The notes under the pieces are model-generated. The model saw only the letters and a list, made by a program, of their open reading frames with translations, had not been told where the DNA came from and did not search any database. A stretch of 63,997 nt of DNA, counting the filler, from Malassezia furfur (lineage: Eukaryota), in the NCBI GenBank assembly GCA_052055015.1. It is 3 parts of 3 records of this genome, joined end to end, with 100 filler letters (N's around TTAATTAATTAA, not from the genome) between each part and the next. Parts side by side here need not be neighbours in the genome. Positions count along the whole stretch, not along the records: positions 1 to 24,729 come from JBQJIT010000140.1; 2 more parts are not named here. One strand, written 5' to 3'. Shown here one piece after another: positions 1 to 12,395 of the stretch; the first letter of the stretch is position 1, and each line of letters opens with the position of its first letter. The position numbers and the translations under genes were made by a program.

Positions 1-157
1 TAGAGCGCACGCGAAAGACGGATGCAAAATATCACGTGCCATATACAGTTTTGCTCACAAGCCCCGCGTGCGTGCGCGTAGTACGGTGACGTCATAGCAC
101 AGGGTCTCGTGGCACGCCGCCGCGCGCACCGTCCGCGCGCACCGAAGAGCCACCACG

Positions 158-598
158 ATGCCGGAATCGGACGGACATTACGACCCCTACATCCCCGCAG
201 GAGGAGCGTCGTCGAACCCGACGGGCAGCAAGGGTGCTGCCGGTGCGGGCAACTCGCGCACTGCGCAGATCCAGGCGCAGATTGAAGAGACTGTGGGTGT
301 GATGCGCGACAACATCAACAAGGTGCACGAGCGTGGCGAGAACCTCAACAGCCTGCAGGACAAGACGGACAACCTGTCCGTGTCTGCGCAGGGCTTCCGC
401 CGTGGCGCCAACCGTGTGCGGAAACAGATGTGGTGGAAGGACATGAAGATGCGCCTGATCATTGTGTTCGGCATCATTGCGCTGCTGTGTGTGATCATTA
501 TTCCCTCGGCGATCAAGGGCGTTGACAACAACAAAGACGACAACAAGTCGTCGTCGTCGTCGATGAGTGGCCCTACGTCGTCTGCGTCCTCGCGGTAA
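158..598 (+). CDS. SNC1: Synaptobrevin/VAMP v-SNARE
   Basis: R-SNARE motif ([35 protein letters not shown]...[19 protein letters not shown]) followed by a TM helix; intronless. Confidence 0.93.
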   Translation: MPESDGHYDPYIPAGGASSNPTGSKGAAGAGNSRTAQIQAQIEETVGVMRDNINKVHERGENLNSLQDKTDNLSVSAQGFRRGANRVRKQMWWKDMKMRLIIVFGIIALLCVIIIPSAIKGVDNNKDDNKSSSSSMSGPTSSASSR

Positions 599-755
599 TG
601 CAGGGCATTTGTTGCTGTACATAGAAAGGAGAGACACTGTTGCTGTTTGATGATACATTGAAGCGCCGCTGTGTGCCGTCCGGGTGGCGTTCCGGCGGCA
701 CAGACGGCCCTGTATGATGGATCCGTGTTCTGCTTGGTTGTTTCTGTGCATCTAC

Positions 756-3700
756 TTAGAGCTCGAGCTCGAATGCGCCACTGAGGTACGCCTGGAGTTC
801 GGCCTGGTGGGCACCCTTGTGGCCGGTGGCCACCGAGCACGACGGCGGACGCGCCGACACGATGAACTCCTTGCCCTTGTGGTTCTCGGAGTGGTTGCAG
901 GCCATGCGCAGGCGAGGCGAGAGGTAGGTCCAGCCGCCCATGTTGATCGGCTCCTCCTGGGCGTAGACGAGCGTCGCGTTCGGGTACCGGTCGATGCTCT
1001 TGATGATCGACTCGTAGTCAAGCGGCGAGAGCTGCTCAATGCGCGAGATCGCCACGTCGTCACGCTTCTGCTCGCGGCGGTAGTTGAGCAGCGCGTAGTA
1101 CGACTGGCCACACGTGATGATGTGGCGCTTGATCTGGTCGTCCGGCACGAGCGCGTCCTTGCCCTCGGTGTGGTGCGGGTCGGGGATGTACCGCTGGAAG
1201 GACGTGCCGGGGCCCATGTCGGCGAGCGACGAGCGCGCCTCGGGGTGGCGGAGCAGCGACTTGCTGAACAGGTGGATCAGCGGCTTGCGGAAGTCGCGGT
1301 GCACCTGGCGGCGCATCACGTGGAAGAGGTTGGCGGGCGTGGTGCAGTACACGACCGCCATGTTGGCGTCCTGGTGCTGGCGCGCGAGCTGGTGCTCGTC
1401 GGGGAACTTGTACGGGTGGTCGTCGCAGAGCGTCAGGAAGCGCTCGGCGCGGGCGCTCGAGTGCTCGGGGCCCTGGCCGTCGTAGCCGTGGGGCAGGTTG
1501 AGCACGAGACCCGTGCGCTGCAGCCACTTGCGCTCACCCGACACGATGAACTGGTCGATCATGCACTGCGCGTTGTTGGCAAAGTCACCGAACTGCGCCT
1601 CCCACACGGTCAGGTTCTTCGGGTTCACCAGCGAGAAGCCCAGCTCGAAGCCGAGCGCACCAAACTCGGACAGCGACGAGTTGCAAATCTCAAACACGCC
1701 CTGGTCCTTGGACAGGTTCGCGAGCGGCACGTACACCTTCTCGTTCTCCTGGTCGTGCAGCACCGCGTGGCGCTGCGAGAAGGTGCCACGCTCCACGTCC
1801 TGGCCAGACACACGCACGAGCTTGCCCTCGAGGGCGAGCGAGCCAAAGGCGAGCGACTCGGCGGTGCTCATGTCGATGCCCTCGCCGTTCTCCACCGTCT
1901 TGAGACGGTTCTTGAGAATGCGGCCGAGGTTGCGGTGCACCTTGAAGTCCTCGGGGTAGGTCGAGATCTTCTCGCCGATGTAGCGCAGCGTGTCGAGCTC
2001 CACGCCGGTCTTGTGCTGCTCGAGCACGTTCTCGGCGAGCTCGCGCGGCGAGGGGAAGCCCTCCCACGCGCTCGACAGCCACTGCTGCTCCTCGGGCTCG
2101 TACGACTTGCTCTTCTCGTACGCCTCCTCGAGCTTGGCCCACACCCACTTCTCCTGCTCCTGGATCTCGTCCTTGCTGAGCGTGTTCTCCTTCTCGAGCT
2201 TCTCCGAGTACTGCTTGAGCGTCGTCTCGCGCTTCGCGATCGCCTCGTACATGCGCGGCTGCGTGAAGCTCGGCTGGTCGGTCTCGTTGTGGCCGTGGCG
2301 GCGGTAGCACACCAGGTCAATCACAACGTCCTTCTTGAACTTGGCGCGCCAGTCGGCCGCCAGGTTGCACACAAACACCACCGCCTCGACATCGTCACCG
2401 TTCACGTGGAAGATGGGCGCATCGATCGCCTTGGCAATGTCCGAGGGGTACGGCGTCGAGCGCGCAAAGCGCGGGTCCGTCGTGAAGCCGATCTGGTTGT
2501 TGACAATGATGTGGATCGTGCCGCCCGTGGCGTACTTGGGCAGGTTGTACATGCCCATCGTCTCGTACACCACACCCTGGCCGGCAAACGCAGCATCACC
2601 GTGCATCAGCAGCGCCATCGAGCGCTCGTGCTTGTCCGTGTCGTGGTCAAACTCTTGCAGCGCACGCGTCTTGCCCAGCACCACGGGGTCCTCGGCCTCG
2701 AGATGCGACGGGTTCGCCACGAGCGACAGCGCCACCTTGTGGCCCGAGGGCGTCGGACGCACGTAGTTGGCACCCAGGTGGTACTTGACGTCACCACCGC
2801 CCTCCTCGTTCGTGTTGTCGGCGAACTGGTGCAGGATGCCCTCAATGGGGCGGCGGATGACGTTGCCGAGCACGTTGAGACGGCCACGGTGGGGCATGCC
2901 CATCGTGACGTTGCGCACACCGTGCTCCACGGAGCGGTCGATCAGCTCCTTAATACCGGGGATGAGCGACTCGCCACCCTCGAGACCGAAGCGCTTCTCG
3001 TTCGGGTACTTGGACGAAATGAAGCGCTCAAACGAGTCGGACCAGCACAGGCGGTCGAGGATCTTGCGCTTCTGGTCCGTCGTGTACTTGTACGGCTCAG
3101 GCACCTCGATGCGCGCACGCAGCCAGTCACAAGGACCACGGTCCATCACATGGACGTACTGCCAGCCAATCGAGCCACAGTACAGGCGCTCGCACGTGTC
3201 GATGATCTCGCGGATGGTCATCTTGTCGATGCCGTGGTCCACAAAGTTGGGCAGCAGACCGGGGCCCAGGAGCATCTCCTTGTTCATGTCCTCCTCGGTC
3301 CAGCCGTAGTACGCCGGGTCGAGCTCGGGGATGTTCTTCTCCTCGGCCAGGTCCTTCTGGTCCATGATGCCCAGCGGGTCAATCTTGGCCTTGAGGTGCC
3401 CACGCACCTGGTAGGCGCGCACCAGCAGCTGGAGCTTGAGGTAGTCGTCCGCCGGGTGGCGGGGGCTGCTCTCCAGCAGATCGGTGTTGGGCAGCGTCAT
3501 CGAGCTCGGCGGTGGCGTGAAGATCGACTCGCTCGGGTAGCCCTTCTCAAGGCCGGAGAAGTAGGCATCCCAGCTCGAGTGCACCGACTGAGGGTCCTTC
3601 TTCCAGTGGCGGTACATTTCGTCCACATAGTACGAGTTCGTCTGGTTCATAAACACATCGTTAGGCGAGGGCGGCGAGGGCTTCGCCTCCTTCGCAGAGA

Positions 3701-3824
3701 GCGCATACGCACTCGTCGTCAGCACACGCGTGTTGCGCGAAGAAGACAACAGTGCCGTGCACCGCGTGGCGCCGCTGCGCACCGAAACGGCGCGCAGCGG
3801 CATTTTCGCAATCGAACCTAACAT
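756..3824 (-). CDS. KGD1: 2-oxoglutarate dehydrogenase E1 component, mitochondrial
   Basis: [28 protein letters not shown] (ThDP binding), [19 protein letters not shown] at 3824 gives an Arg/Ser-rich presequence-like N-terminus. Confidence 0.97.
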   Translation of the reverse strand: MLGSIAKMPLRAVSVRSGATRCTALLSSSRNTRVLTTSAYALSAKEAKPSPPSPNDVFMNQTNSYYVDEMYRHWKKDPQSVHSSWDAYFSGLEKGYPSESIFTPPPSSMTLPNTDLLESSPRHPADDYLKLQLLVRAYQVRGHLKAKIDPLGIMDQKDLAEEKNIPELDPAYYGWTEEDMNKEMLLGPGLLPNFVDHGIDKMTIREIIDTCERLYCGSIGWQYVHVMDRGPCDWLRARIEVPEPYKYTTDQKRKILDRLCWSDSFERFISSKYPNEKRFGLEGGESLIPGIKELIDRSVEHGVRNVTMGMPHRGRLNVLGNVIRRPIEGILHQFADNTNEEGGGDVKYHLGANYVRPTPSGHKVALSLVANPSHLEAEDPVVLGKTRALQEFDHDTDKHERSMALLMHGDAAFAGQGVVYETMGMYNLPKYATGGTIHIIVNNQIGFTTDPRFARSTPYPSDIAKAIDAPIFHVNGDDVEAVVFVCNLAADWRAKFKKDVVIDLVCYRRHGHNETDQPSFTQPRMYEAIAKRETTLKQYSEKLEKENTLSKDEIQEQEKWVWAKLEEAYEKSKSYEPEEQQWLSSAWEGFPSPRELAENVLEQHKTGVELDTLRYIGEKISTYPEDFKVHRNLGRILKNRLKTVENGEGIDMSTAESLAFGSLALEGKLVRVSGQDVERGTFSQRHAVLHDQENEKVYVPLANLSKDQGVFEICNSSLSEFGALGFELGFSLVNPKNLTVWEAQFGDFANNAQCMIDQFIVSGERKWLQRTGLVLNLPHGYDGQGPEHSSARAERFLTLCDDHPYKFPDEHQLARQHQDANMAVVYCTTPANLFHVMRRQVHRDFRKPLIHLFSKSLLRHPEARSSLADMGPGTSFQRYIPDPHHTEGKDALVPDDQIKRHIITCGQSYYALLNYRREQKRDDVAISRIEQLSPLDYESIIKSIDRYPNATLVYAQEEPINMGGWTYLSPRLRMACNHSENHKGKEFIVSARPPSCSVATGHKGAHQAELQAYLSGAFELEL

Positions 3825-4111
3825 GGAGAGGTGTAGAGAATGCACAACCGTATCAACCACGTCTAGTGCGCGGTCCACCCGTACTCCAACAAGGGCGCGT
3901 ACGAGGCTTCCTGATGGGAAATGTGCCAAGGGAACACGAGCTCACGGGCGCCGCTGCAAATTTTGGCCACGTCGTGTCTGAATAAGCGACAGCGGGCAAA
4001 ACAGGCCAATCACCGTAAGCGAAATTGCGCCCGCTAATTCCGCCACTGCCCCCAACACACCCGCACGGAGCACACCGGAGTTGGGAGGCTAGACTAGGCT
4101 AGGCTACTTAC

Positions 4112-7100
4112 TTAGGCAGTCTGAAGCAAATGCTCGACGTGGTTGTAGAAGTCGACGTGGCTTGCGCGCGGTCCCTTGGCATAGATGAAGCTCGCCGCGA
4201 CCATCGCAGCAAACGCGCTGCGCAGGTACGCCTCGGGCACATGCCGGATCGCTTCCTTCACGCCAATCTTGGCCACGAGCGACTCTGGGAAGACACGCAG
4301 GAGCACCGCCTCACGCAGCTTCTCTTGATCGTAGAGGTTCGTCGTGATGATCTCCTCCGAAAGACGGATCAGCGTCGACGACAGCTCCGTAGAAATCACC
4401 GACCGGTACTTGCCCGTCTCCTCGTGCTCGCGCCAGATCGCTTCAAACTCGGAGCGCGCGTTGCGCACAATGATCTTTTGGATGTCGCGCACATAGTCCA
4501 TGTAGAAGGGTGTCGGCTTGTCGTCGTGGAAGAGCATGTTCTCAATGTACTCCTGGTCGCTCAGCGCGAGGCCAACCAGCACCTCGAGACTGCTCGACGT
4601 CACACCACCCTTGTTTGCGCTTGCATCGGGGTACAGCACCACTCCGCGCTTCTCGAGCTCCAGACGCGCCTGGCGCGACAGGAAAAGGTTGGCGCCCTCC
4701 ACAATGTACTTGTAGTGGCACTTGCCGTCCTCGTCGCACATGTCCTTCACGTTGCCGATCTGAACCGAGTCGGGGCGCCCACCGCACGGCACAAACAGGT
4801 CCGCCGAGTAGCGCAGGTGCGCACGGTTGCGGAACGCCACACCATCAGGAACGACCTCGCCAGAGGGCAGACGCACGTTGCGGTCGTCCACCAGCACCAT
4901 GTAGCCCTCGGGCGACAGCTTGCTCGTGTCAAAGTGCGAAATAGTCTGGCGCGCACGCGCAAGCCGACGCAGCTCCTCGCGGTCCAGGCCCTTGGGGTCG
5001 TGCGCCACACCGCTGCCGTCGATCACCGACACCGTCTTGTCGGACGAGAGCAGAATTTCGTTGGAACCCAGGTCGCCGTCAGGGCCGCCGGTCTGCACCT
5101 TGGTCACCTCCTCCTCCTTGAGGTGGTGCTTCTCGTAGATACCCAGCACGTATTGCCGGATCGACAGCGAGGTCATGCCAAACTTGTCGTGAGGGATACC
5201 ACCGAGCGTCGCAGCCGACTTGCCCGTCGTGAACGATTTCCACCACGACGCCCCACGCGCACGCGCATGCTCAGCACCCCAGTCCATGAAGCCAGCCGTG
5301 CCCTCGTCGGGGCCAAAGAAGAGGATCTCCTCCTTGCCGTAGAGGTCGACGATCTGCTCCTTGACACCAGGCGTGACGCCCTTGATCAAGAGATCCAGGA
5401 TGGCGTCCACGTACTTCTCAAACACGAGGCGCGGGTTGACGTCCATGTTGGGCAGGATCACGCCCTTGGAACCACCCTCGGGAATGTCCTTGTTTTTGAG
5501 GTTCTGCGTACGCGCGAGACCGTAGTTCTCGTCAAACAGTGTGCGCTGGTTGATCGAGTAGTTTTCGCGGTTGCGGCTCTGGATGATACGGATACCGCCA
5601 CGCGCCACATCAGCGAAGCGCACATGGAAGCCGCGGAACTCGGCACCGACCACAAAGATGATGCCGTATGGCTTCAGGGGGTACTCGCTCTCGGGCAGGA
5701 AGGAGGCTGAGTCAGTATACATCGCACGTACAGTCCAGCCGGAAACTCAGCGCGACCTTGGTGGGCGTGTAGAAGTTGGTCTTAAGCAACGACCTGGGGT
5801 CAGTCACACACGCACTTGTTGAACGACAGCAGCGCCAAGAACACGTGGCGCTCGTGCGAGTTGCTCGCCGACTTAATGATCACGTCGCGCAGCTGCTCGT
5901 CGTCTAGAAGCGTCTCGCGCGTGAGCCGCTGCCGGCTCAGCGTCGGCGCGAGGTCCTGCTCCTGCCGGCCGGGGTAATGGATATGGGCAAAGTGCACGTA
6001 GAGCAAGCGCACAAGCTGGGGATAATTCTGGATCACCTCAAAGATCGACTGCCGCGTGAACGTCTCCTCACGCAGGCGCAGCTTGATATCGTTCAGCACC
6101 GCGGCTTGGTGCGAGTCCGACTCGTCCAGGATCTTGCGCAGCGCCTCGTACGCCGGACCCAAACGGTTACAGAAATGTTGCGCGAACAGCCAACCGACGT
6201 AGGCGTAGGTCGCCTCTTGCACCGCGTGCGTGGTGCGTGCATCGCCCGTCATGAAGAAGGGGTTGTCCGGCAGGACATAGATCAGCGACACCTCCTTGAG
6301 CACCTGGAAGATGCTGTTCTCGATCGGCGGCGCATTCGAGTTCGGCAGGGGGTTCAGGTAAATCGAAATGATCGTCACGTCGTTGCTGAACTGCTCCACG
6401 TACTTGCGCGAGGAGTACAGTCCGTAGTAGTGGTAAAGGTCAGACAGCGCACTGAAGAAGTTGGACGTGGTGCCCATACGGTAACCAATGACGATCCGGC
6501 GCTCCTGGGTGCCAACCACCTCGTACATCTCCATCACGGGGCCTTGCCGGCGGAGCGCCTCGTTCATCACACCTTGGTAGATCCGCAGCGTGTGTTCACT
6601 GACTTTGCTGAGGAACGTCTTGTCCGACACCTTGCGAATTTGGTGGTACTCGGGCGAGTCGCGGCGTGGGATCGGCTCGACAAAGTTGCAACGACGCAGG
6701 AAGTAGCAGCGCAGGTGCTCCGGCGAGTTGGCCGCCGCCATGCCCGTCGAGCGGTACGTCTCCAGGCGGTATGCCTTCTCCACGTTGGACGGGTTGAGGT
6801 ACTCTTCGTCGATCGTCCGTTCCCACTGTGGGCCCTTCTTGCCGCGGCTCACACCAGCCTGGCTCGAGTGGATGAACACGGCGCTGTCCTCGGAGCGCTT
6901 CTGCAAATCAACGTTAAGAGACCCTGTGTGTTGCGTGTACTCGGTGATCTTGGCACCATACAGCGACAGAATGTTGCTGGCGATGGTCTCGGGCGTTTCC
7001 ATGGCAAAGTAGGTGTCATCGATGCCGAGCTTCTCGTAGAACCACGCAACCTCGGATGCCACGAGATCAGGAGGGATGAACCCATTCTCCTCCAGAATCT

Positions 7101-7318
7101 CTTGCACCTGGACAGCCTGGCTTTGCTTGTCAGGGAAGACGGTGGTCGAATAGCCGCTGTTGTCAGAATTCCAACACGTACATGTTGTTCTCCAGCTTAT
7201 GGTCATCTGGGGTCATGGTACCAGAACCATTCGTCCCAGACACCATAAGTCGGTGACGCATGTCGCCCATGTTCTTCAAGAGCGCAGCGACATGGTCAGA
7301 GTCCTTGTCATTCGACAT
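4112..7318 (-). CDS. GDH2: NAD-specific glutamate dehydrogenase (large fungal type), 4 exons
   Basis: Joins ORFs 5800..7206 and 4112..5722 through introns 7157-7181, 5794-5815 and 5707-5731. Splicing restores FNKSLLKTNFYTPTKVALSFRLD; also ARGGIR, KNKDIPEGGSKG, GPDEGTAG, TGGPDGDLGSNEI. Confidence 0.95.
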
Positions 7319-7524
7319 AGTGAAGGCCAGGTTTGGAGAAAAAGGTACCTAACGGGAGGTACTATCTGGGGGTAGCAGTGCGGTGTTCTTTCCCAACCGT
7401 TGCGCACGTACCTGCTGCGACCGCACGCACGGACAACCAATCAAATAAATTGAGTTGCGCCCTACCCCCAATTGAATCGCTATCGGACATTTAAAGCAAT
7501 TCTCACAGGAACACGAAATGTCCC

Positions 7525-10390
7525 TCAAGCTGCACCGTGCTTACGCTTGCGTTCCTTGCGCTTCCTGCCAATCAGCGACCCTAGCTTGCTTCCGCGCTTG
7601 ACGTCGTCGTCAATCTTGCGTGCAGCCTGGGCCCGTGCGCGCGCATCAGATACACGTTCAGGGCGTGCCGCAGGGGTTTGCTCGTCTGCGGCGTCGTGGA
7701 CCTGCGGTTAGCGTCCCAGTCTCGGTACAAACCTTTTGGCGTTTCACCTGTTTTTCCCGTGCCTGCGTTTGACGCAGAACACGTTTGCGCACCGTGGACA
7801 CGTTCTCAATGGAGAATTCGATCCGCAACGTGCCACGCACCTCCGACTTGATCGCCTTTTGGCCTTCTTCGAGGTCCTGCAGCGTGCTTTCAAGGCGCTT
7901 CAAGTAGAGGCGCTGGTCATCCGACGGTGCCTTTTCGCTCTTGATCTTGGCAATGTTGGCAGCCAGGTCCTCTTTCCACCACGCAGCGAACAACTCGCCC
8001 AGTGCCTTGTTGCCATTCGCCCAGCGAAGCACCTTGAGAGCGTGCGGGAACGTACGCATCTCCACGAAACCGTAGCCACGCGAGCGACCTTTCCCAGTGA
8101 ACGGATCCACACGTTCGTTCTGCCGCACCACCTTGCTCTGGATCACAAGCGATGGCGGCGGGCGCTTCTTGCCAGACTCCGACTCGGTCGACTCCTTGAC
8201 GTTGGCACTCATCGTCTTGTCCGCCTTTTCATCCTCGTCGAGATCCTCGCGCTCACCTGCCTTGACCTCTTCCGTGAAGGCACGCAGTGCATACAGTGCC
8301 ATGCGCTTCAGCATCTTGTCGGTAACAAACAGCGGAAGCTGGTGCACGGCCAGACGTGTCTTGGAGACGTGCAGCGATGGGTTGGCGCCGAGCTGTGCAC
8401 GACGGATCGAGAAGCTCTGCAGGCGCCGATCCACTTCCTTCTCCGAAAGCGACTTGGACAGAGGCGTGTTGGGCAGCGGCACACCTTCGCGCAGCAGCCA
8501 CGTGTTGCGGTTGTCGCTCTTCTCCCGCGACTTGCGCGAGGCAGTCTCCAGCTTGGCTGCATGTTCACGCGTCACGGCGCGAGTAACGTTCAGAACACGC
8601 CCGTGCAATGTGAAGCGTGCAACCAAGGGTGCCGATGGATCCGCCGTCATCACCGACGGAACTGAGAAGGGGTTCGACTTGGGCAGTTTGGCGTCCATCA
8701 ATGAGGATGCCGCCGTCTCTCGCTGCACCAGCTCGGCATCGTGCAATGCAGCATCGGCCGATTCGCGCTTCCAGAAGCACACAAAGCCCGTTCCTCGGCT
8801 GCGCTTTGTCGCAGGATCCATCGTGATCTTGGCGTAGCGCATGGGTCCAAACGAACGGAACAAGTCCTTGAGCTCTTGCTCCGTGGCCTGGTAGGGCAAG
8901 TTGCGGATGAACAAAATCGTGCCGGTATCTGTGGTAGCCAGCTTGTTAGGAGGCTTGGACGATTCGTCAGCTTGCTCATCGTCGTCGTCGCCGTCCTCGG
9001 ATTCCTTGTCTGCATCGCTGCTCTCCGAGTCCGAGTCTGAGTCCGAGTCCGAGTCCGAGTCCGAGTCGTCCGACGATTCCTCGTCCTGCGAAGCGTCGTC
9101 GTCGTCGTCGTCGCTGCGTGCGCGTTTCGTCGGCGCCGGCATCGACTCAGGCTCGTCCGTGGGCTCTTCCTCCGCACGGGCCAGCCAGTCCTTCTGCGAC
9201 AGCGACCAGTCGACAGCCACAGGACGAGCAGGCTGAGCCGAGGATTGCACTTTGTCCAGCGCCTCCTTGGCGACCTCACGCCCCTTTTTCCCCTTAGCCT
9301 TCTTCAGCGCAGCTTGCTCTGCGGCACCGTGCCGGAGGGAAACGCCATTCACGGCCTCAATCGCCTTAGCTGCATCCGCACGCGAGACAAACCACACAAA
9401 AGCGAATCCACGACCGCGCGGGGGTTTTGACTCCTCTCCCTCTGTCTGCTTCGTCGGTACGGTAATGTCATAGATGGGGCCATATGGCAAGAAGATCGCG
9501 CGCAAGTCCTCCAGTGTAATGTCAAAGGGAAGGTTGCGGATAATCACGCGGCTTTCGCGGCTCAGCCCAGCGCGGTTCTGGTTCACGTTCCAGGCCTCGC
9601 CGTTGAGTTCCTCAATCTTTTGCTTCATAGACTGGTGCTTTTTCAGGGTATCAGGGCGCATGTGCTGCTCGAGACGCAGTGCACCCTCCAGCCGCTTCTT
9701 CAGGCCCACACTTAGTTGGGCGCCTTTGAACTGGTGTGCATGCAGCTTGGACACGGCATCCATTGCATGGTTCGGCGTACGGAACCGGACAAGAGCAACA
9801 TCCTTTGACGGTGTTCCATCCAGCTCTTTGAATTCGACGTGTTCAACATCGCCGATCTTACGCACACGTTTGTACAACGTCTTGGTGTCGGCCGGCGGCG
9901 AGCAACTTGCCAGGCCAGAAACGACGATGGTGCGCACCGCATCTGGGTCACGTTCGGGGAGCACATGGGACGGCGTCACACGCGCCGCTGTGCTCTTCTC
10001 CTGCTTGCCTTCACGTCCCTCAGCGGTGGACGAGCGCCGATCGGCCCACTCGAGCTGGATGTGACGCCGACCTCCGTCAATGCTCGACCCCTGCAGTTTC
10101 TCAAGTGCACGCTCCGCATCCTCGGCATCGGCGTAAGTCACATATCCAATTCCCTTGGACTTGCGTGATTCACGGTCTGACACCACGAATGCGCGACGCA
10201 AGGGTCCAATGTCGCTGAAAAAGGTGGACAAATCCGTGTTGGTGACCGTGTACGGCAGCCGCGTCACGAAAAGGGTATTCCCATGCTTGGACTTTGGCTT
10301 TACCTCACCTTTTCCCTTGCTGGCATCTTGGGATGCTGCGGAAAGCTCGGCATGCGAGCGCTCCGACGACGCATCGCGCTCTTCCGCCAT
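7525..10390 (-). CDS. NOP4: Nucleolar multi-RRM protein Nop4/RBM28
   Basis: Four RRMs (SKGIGYVTY, RGRGFAFV, SRGTGFVCF, RSRGYGFVE) and an acidic tract; a 31-nt intron at 7702-7732 gives a basic C-terminus ending IGRKRKERKRKHGAA*. Confidence 0.9.
9024..9066. repeat. Coding hexanucleotide repeat (TCCGAG)n, about 7 copies
   Basis: Tandem tccgag units with one variant; encodes the SDSDSD tract of Nop4. Confidence 0.85.
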
Positions 10391-10420
10391 AGTGCACCGT
10401 GCCAGCCTGCGCGACGGCGA

Positions 10421-10451
10421 TCAAAAAATTTTGTCGCCGGACCTCCACGTG
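10421..10451. promoter_or_regulatory. RRPE-like element (CAAAAAATTTT) plus CACGTG upstream of NOP4
   Basis: AAAAAATTTT about 30 nt upstream of the ATG of a ribosome-biogenesis gene resembles yeast RRPE (TGAAAAATTTT); CACGTG at 10446-10451. Confidence 0.4.
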
Positions 10452-10732
10452 TGTGGTTAGTAAGCAATCTGGGATTTTGCGCAGGAACGAAATGCCGGTA
10501 GAATTAGAACAGTTGGGAGCCAATTGGCTTCGTTCATTTCGGAGTATTCCAAATGTAGATGTACGTTACGCGCATATCGGACGCTACCGCGGCGTTCCGC
10601 TGCACGCCCACGCGATTTTACCGTGTAGTGGCAGTGCGCGCGTTGCGTACACGGTTAGAGCTAGGGCAGACCTCTGTATTAACCCAAGTGGGCGTGAAGC
10701 ACGGATACTGTTGAACTTGACAACCATCTGTA

Positions 10733-12304
10733 ATGTTGGTAAACAGTGCTGTTGTCCAGCTCCTGGCCTTGCTGTGTGCCGTGACTGTTGCGCACTGTGC
10801 GATCCTGGAGGACGGTCCGAACGTCGTTCGTCGTGCAGTGCGCGAGAGCCCTTTGGCCAAACGCGGCTCCAAAGACATTTATACCAAAGACCCCGGTCAG
10901 TATCCGGGCGGGAGCAAGGATGGCTACAAGGCCGGCTGGCCCTATCTGCCTCAAGTGGATGGTGCGAAGATCGACAACGAGACATTCACGGTCGGCAAGC
11001 AGGGTGCTACGATAACAACTTACGTGAATGCGGAGTACGACCCAAGCAAGATCAAGCGTGCTGTGGTGCAGATTCACGGTGAATACCGCGACGCTTGGAA
11101 CCAGTGGCTCTATGCTCATTTGTCTGCTGGTAACGCTTCGCAAATCAGCAACTTTACGATGGATGAGGTGGTGATTGTGGCTCCAATGTTCTTCTCGGTG
11201 AACGACTATCAAGCTTTCCCCCACGACTCGAACAAGATTAGTACCACCAAGACGCTCATTTGGGACCAGAATGGGTGGGGTAATACCGACGATGCCATTT
11301 ACCCTTCGTTCAACAGCCAGGGCGAACTTGACAACCCGGTGTACGAATTTGTCACGACCGCGTCGAAGAAGAGCAAGGCAGGCAACACCAACCTGAGCAG
11401 CAAAGACTCCAGCAAGTTGTCTAAGAGCAGCGAGAGCGGCCCGACGTCGACTAAGGACAAGCGCAGGCTGATCCACATTACCGACCAAGAAGCCGCCAAG
11501 AATGGTCCGGGGCTGAGCGTGCTCGACGTGCTCGACGCCTACGTGGACTATTTCACCAACAAGACCATGTTCCCGAACATGGAGGTGATGGTCGTTGCCG
11601 GGTTTAGTATGGGTGGTCAGGCCGTCAACCGTTACGTGACCTTCCGTCCAGACACGGAGAAGGACTCGATGATCAACTACTGGATCTCGAGCCCAGGGTC
11701 TATGCTCTACCTGAACGACTCACGCCCGATTTCTAACAATTCCTGCAACGGTTTCAACGATTACAAGTACGGCTTGGACGGTACGCTTCCTGCCTATGTC
11801 AACCGTACGGCAAAGCAGAACACACCCGACATTATCCGCCAGCGCTACCTCTCCCGCAAAGTGTACTACTTTGTGGGCACCGACGACAGCAACAGCGGCG
11901 ACGATTCTTGTCAAGCGAACACACAAGGCAAAGACCACGTTGATCGTATGGACAACTGGATTGCAGACGTCATCCCCTATCTGCCGAACAACCCCAGTCC
12001 AGGAAAGATTCCCCCAACTGTCTCTTATGCCAAGATCCAAGGCGTCCCTCATCTTGCCTCGGGAGTAATCATGTCTTCTGCGGGCATGCAGACACTCTTT
12101 CTGGAAGACTTTTATGGTCGCAACATGAATGCCAAAGGCCCGACCCCTGTACAACAAGGTGGACAAGTTGTCGTGGCCCCCGACGAGGGCCTAAGCACAA
12201 CTGTCACAGGTAAGGACAAGAAATCGGCGGCACCCATGGTCCGTCCCGGTGTTCTTCTCATCTCCGCCCTGGCGCTGCTGGTTGCAAGTGCCAGCGTGTG
12301 GTAA
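10733..12304 (+). CDS. Secreted, probably GPI-anchored alpha/beta-hydrolase-fold protein
   Basis: Hydrophobic signal peptide, IHG oxyanion-like motif, nucleophile motif GFSMGG, candidate Asp (GTDD) and His (GVPH), hydrophobic C-terminal tail. Confidence 0.8.
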   Translation: MLVNSAVVQLLALLCAVTVAHCAILEDGPNVVRRAVRESPLAKRGSKDIYTKDPGQYPGGSKDGYKAGWPYLPQVDGAKIDNETFTVGKQGATITTYVNAEYDPSKIKRAVVQIHGEYRDAWNQWLYAHLSAGNASQISNFTMDEVVIVAPMFFSVNDYQAFPHDSNKISTTKTLIWDQNGWGNTDDAIYPSFNSQGELDNPVYEFVTTASKKSKAGNTNLSSKDSSKLSKSSESGPTSTKDKRRLIHITDQEAAKNGPGLSVLDVLDAYVDYFTNKTMFPNMEVMVVAGFSMGGQAVNRYVTFRPDTEKDSMINYWISSPGSMLYLNDSRPISNNSCNGFNDYKYGLDGTLPAYVNRTAKQNTPDIIRQRYLSRKVYYFVGTDDSNSGDDSCQANTQGKDHVDRMDNWIADVIPYLPNNPSPGKIPPTVSYAKIQGVPHLASGVIMSSAGMQTLFLEDFYGRNMNAKGPTPVQQGGQVVVAPDEGLSTTVTGKDKKSAAPMVRPGVLLISALALLVASASVW

Positions 12305-12395
12305 ACCTTTGTATGTAAATACAGTTGAGCGTGCATTCTTCGTCCCAACTTCAATGTAAGGCCTCATGCTAGACAATTCTTCACGTTCGTGTAGT

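Noticed and set aside
684..3821. 1045-aa plus-strand ORF, and similar long antisense ORFs (4130..5710, 5977..7248, 17722..19821, 28197..29297, 61138..62730)
   Set aside because: They mirror real genes codon for codon. High GC3 removes stops on the opposite strand, and the products have no motifs.
4112..7318. GDH2, CTK3, CIA1, COQ9, THOC7 and NAD kinase as frameshifted pseudogenes or split genes
   Set aside because: Every break coincides with a GT...branch site...AG segment whose removal restores conserved motifs.
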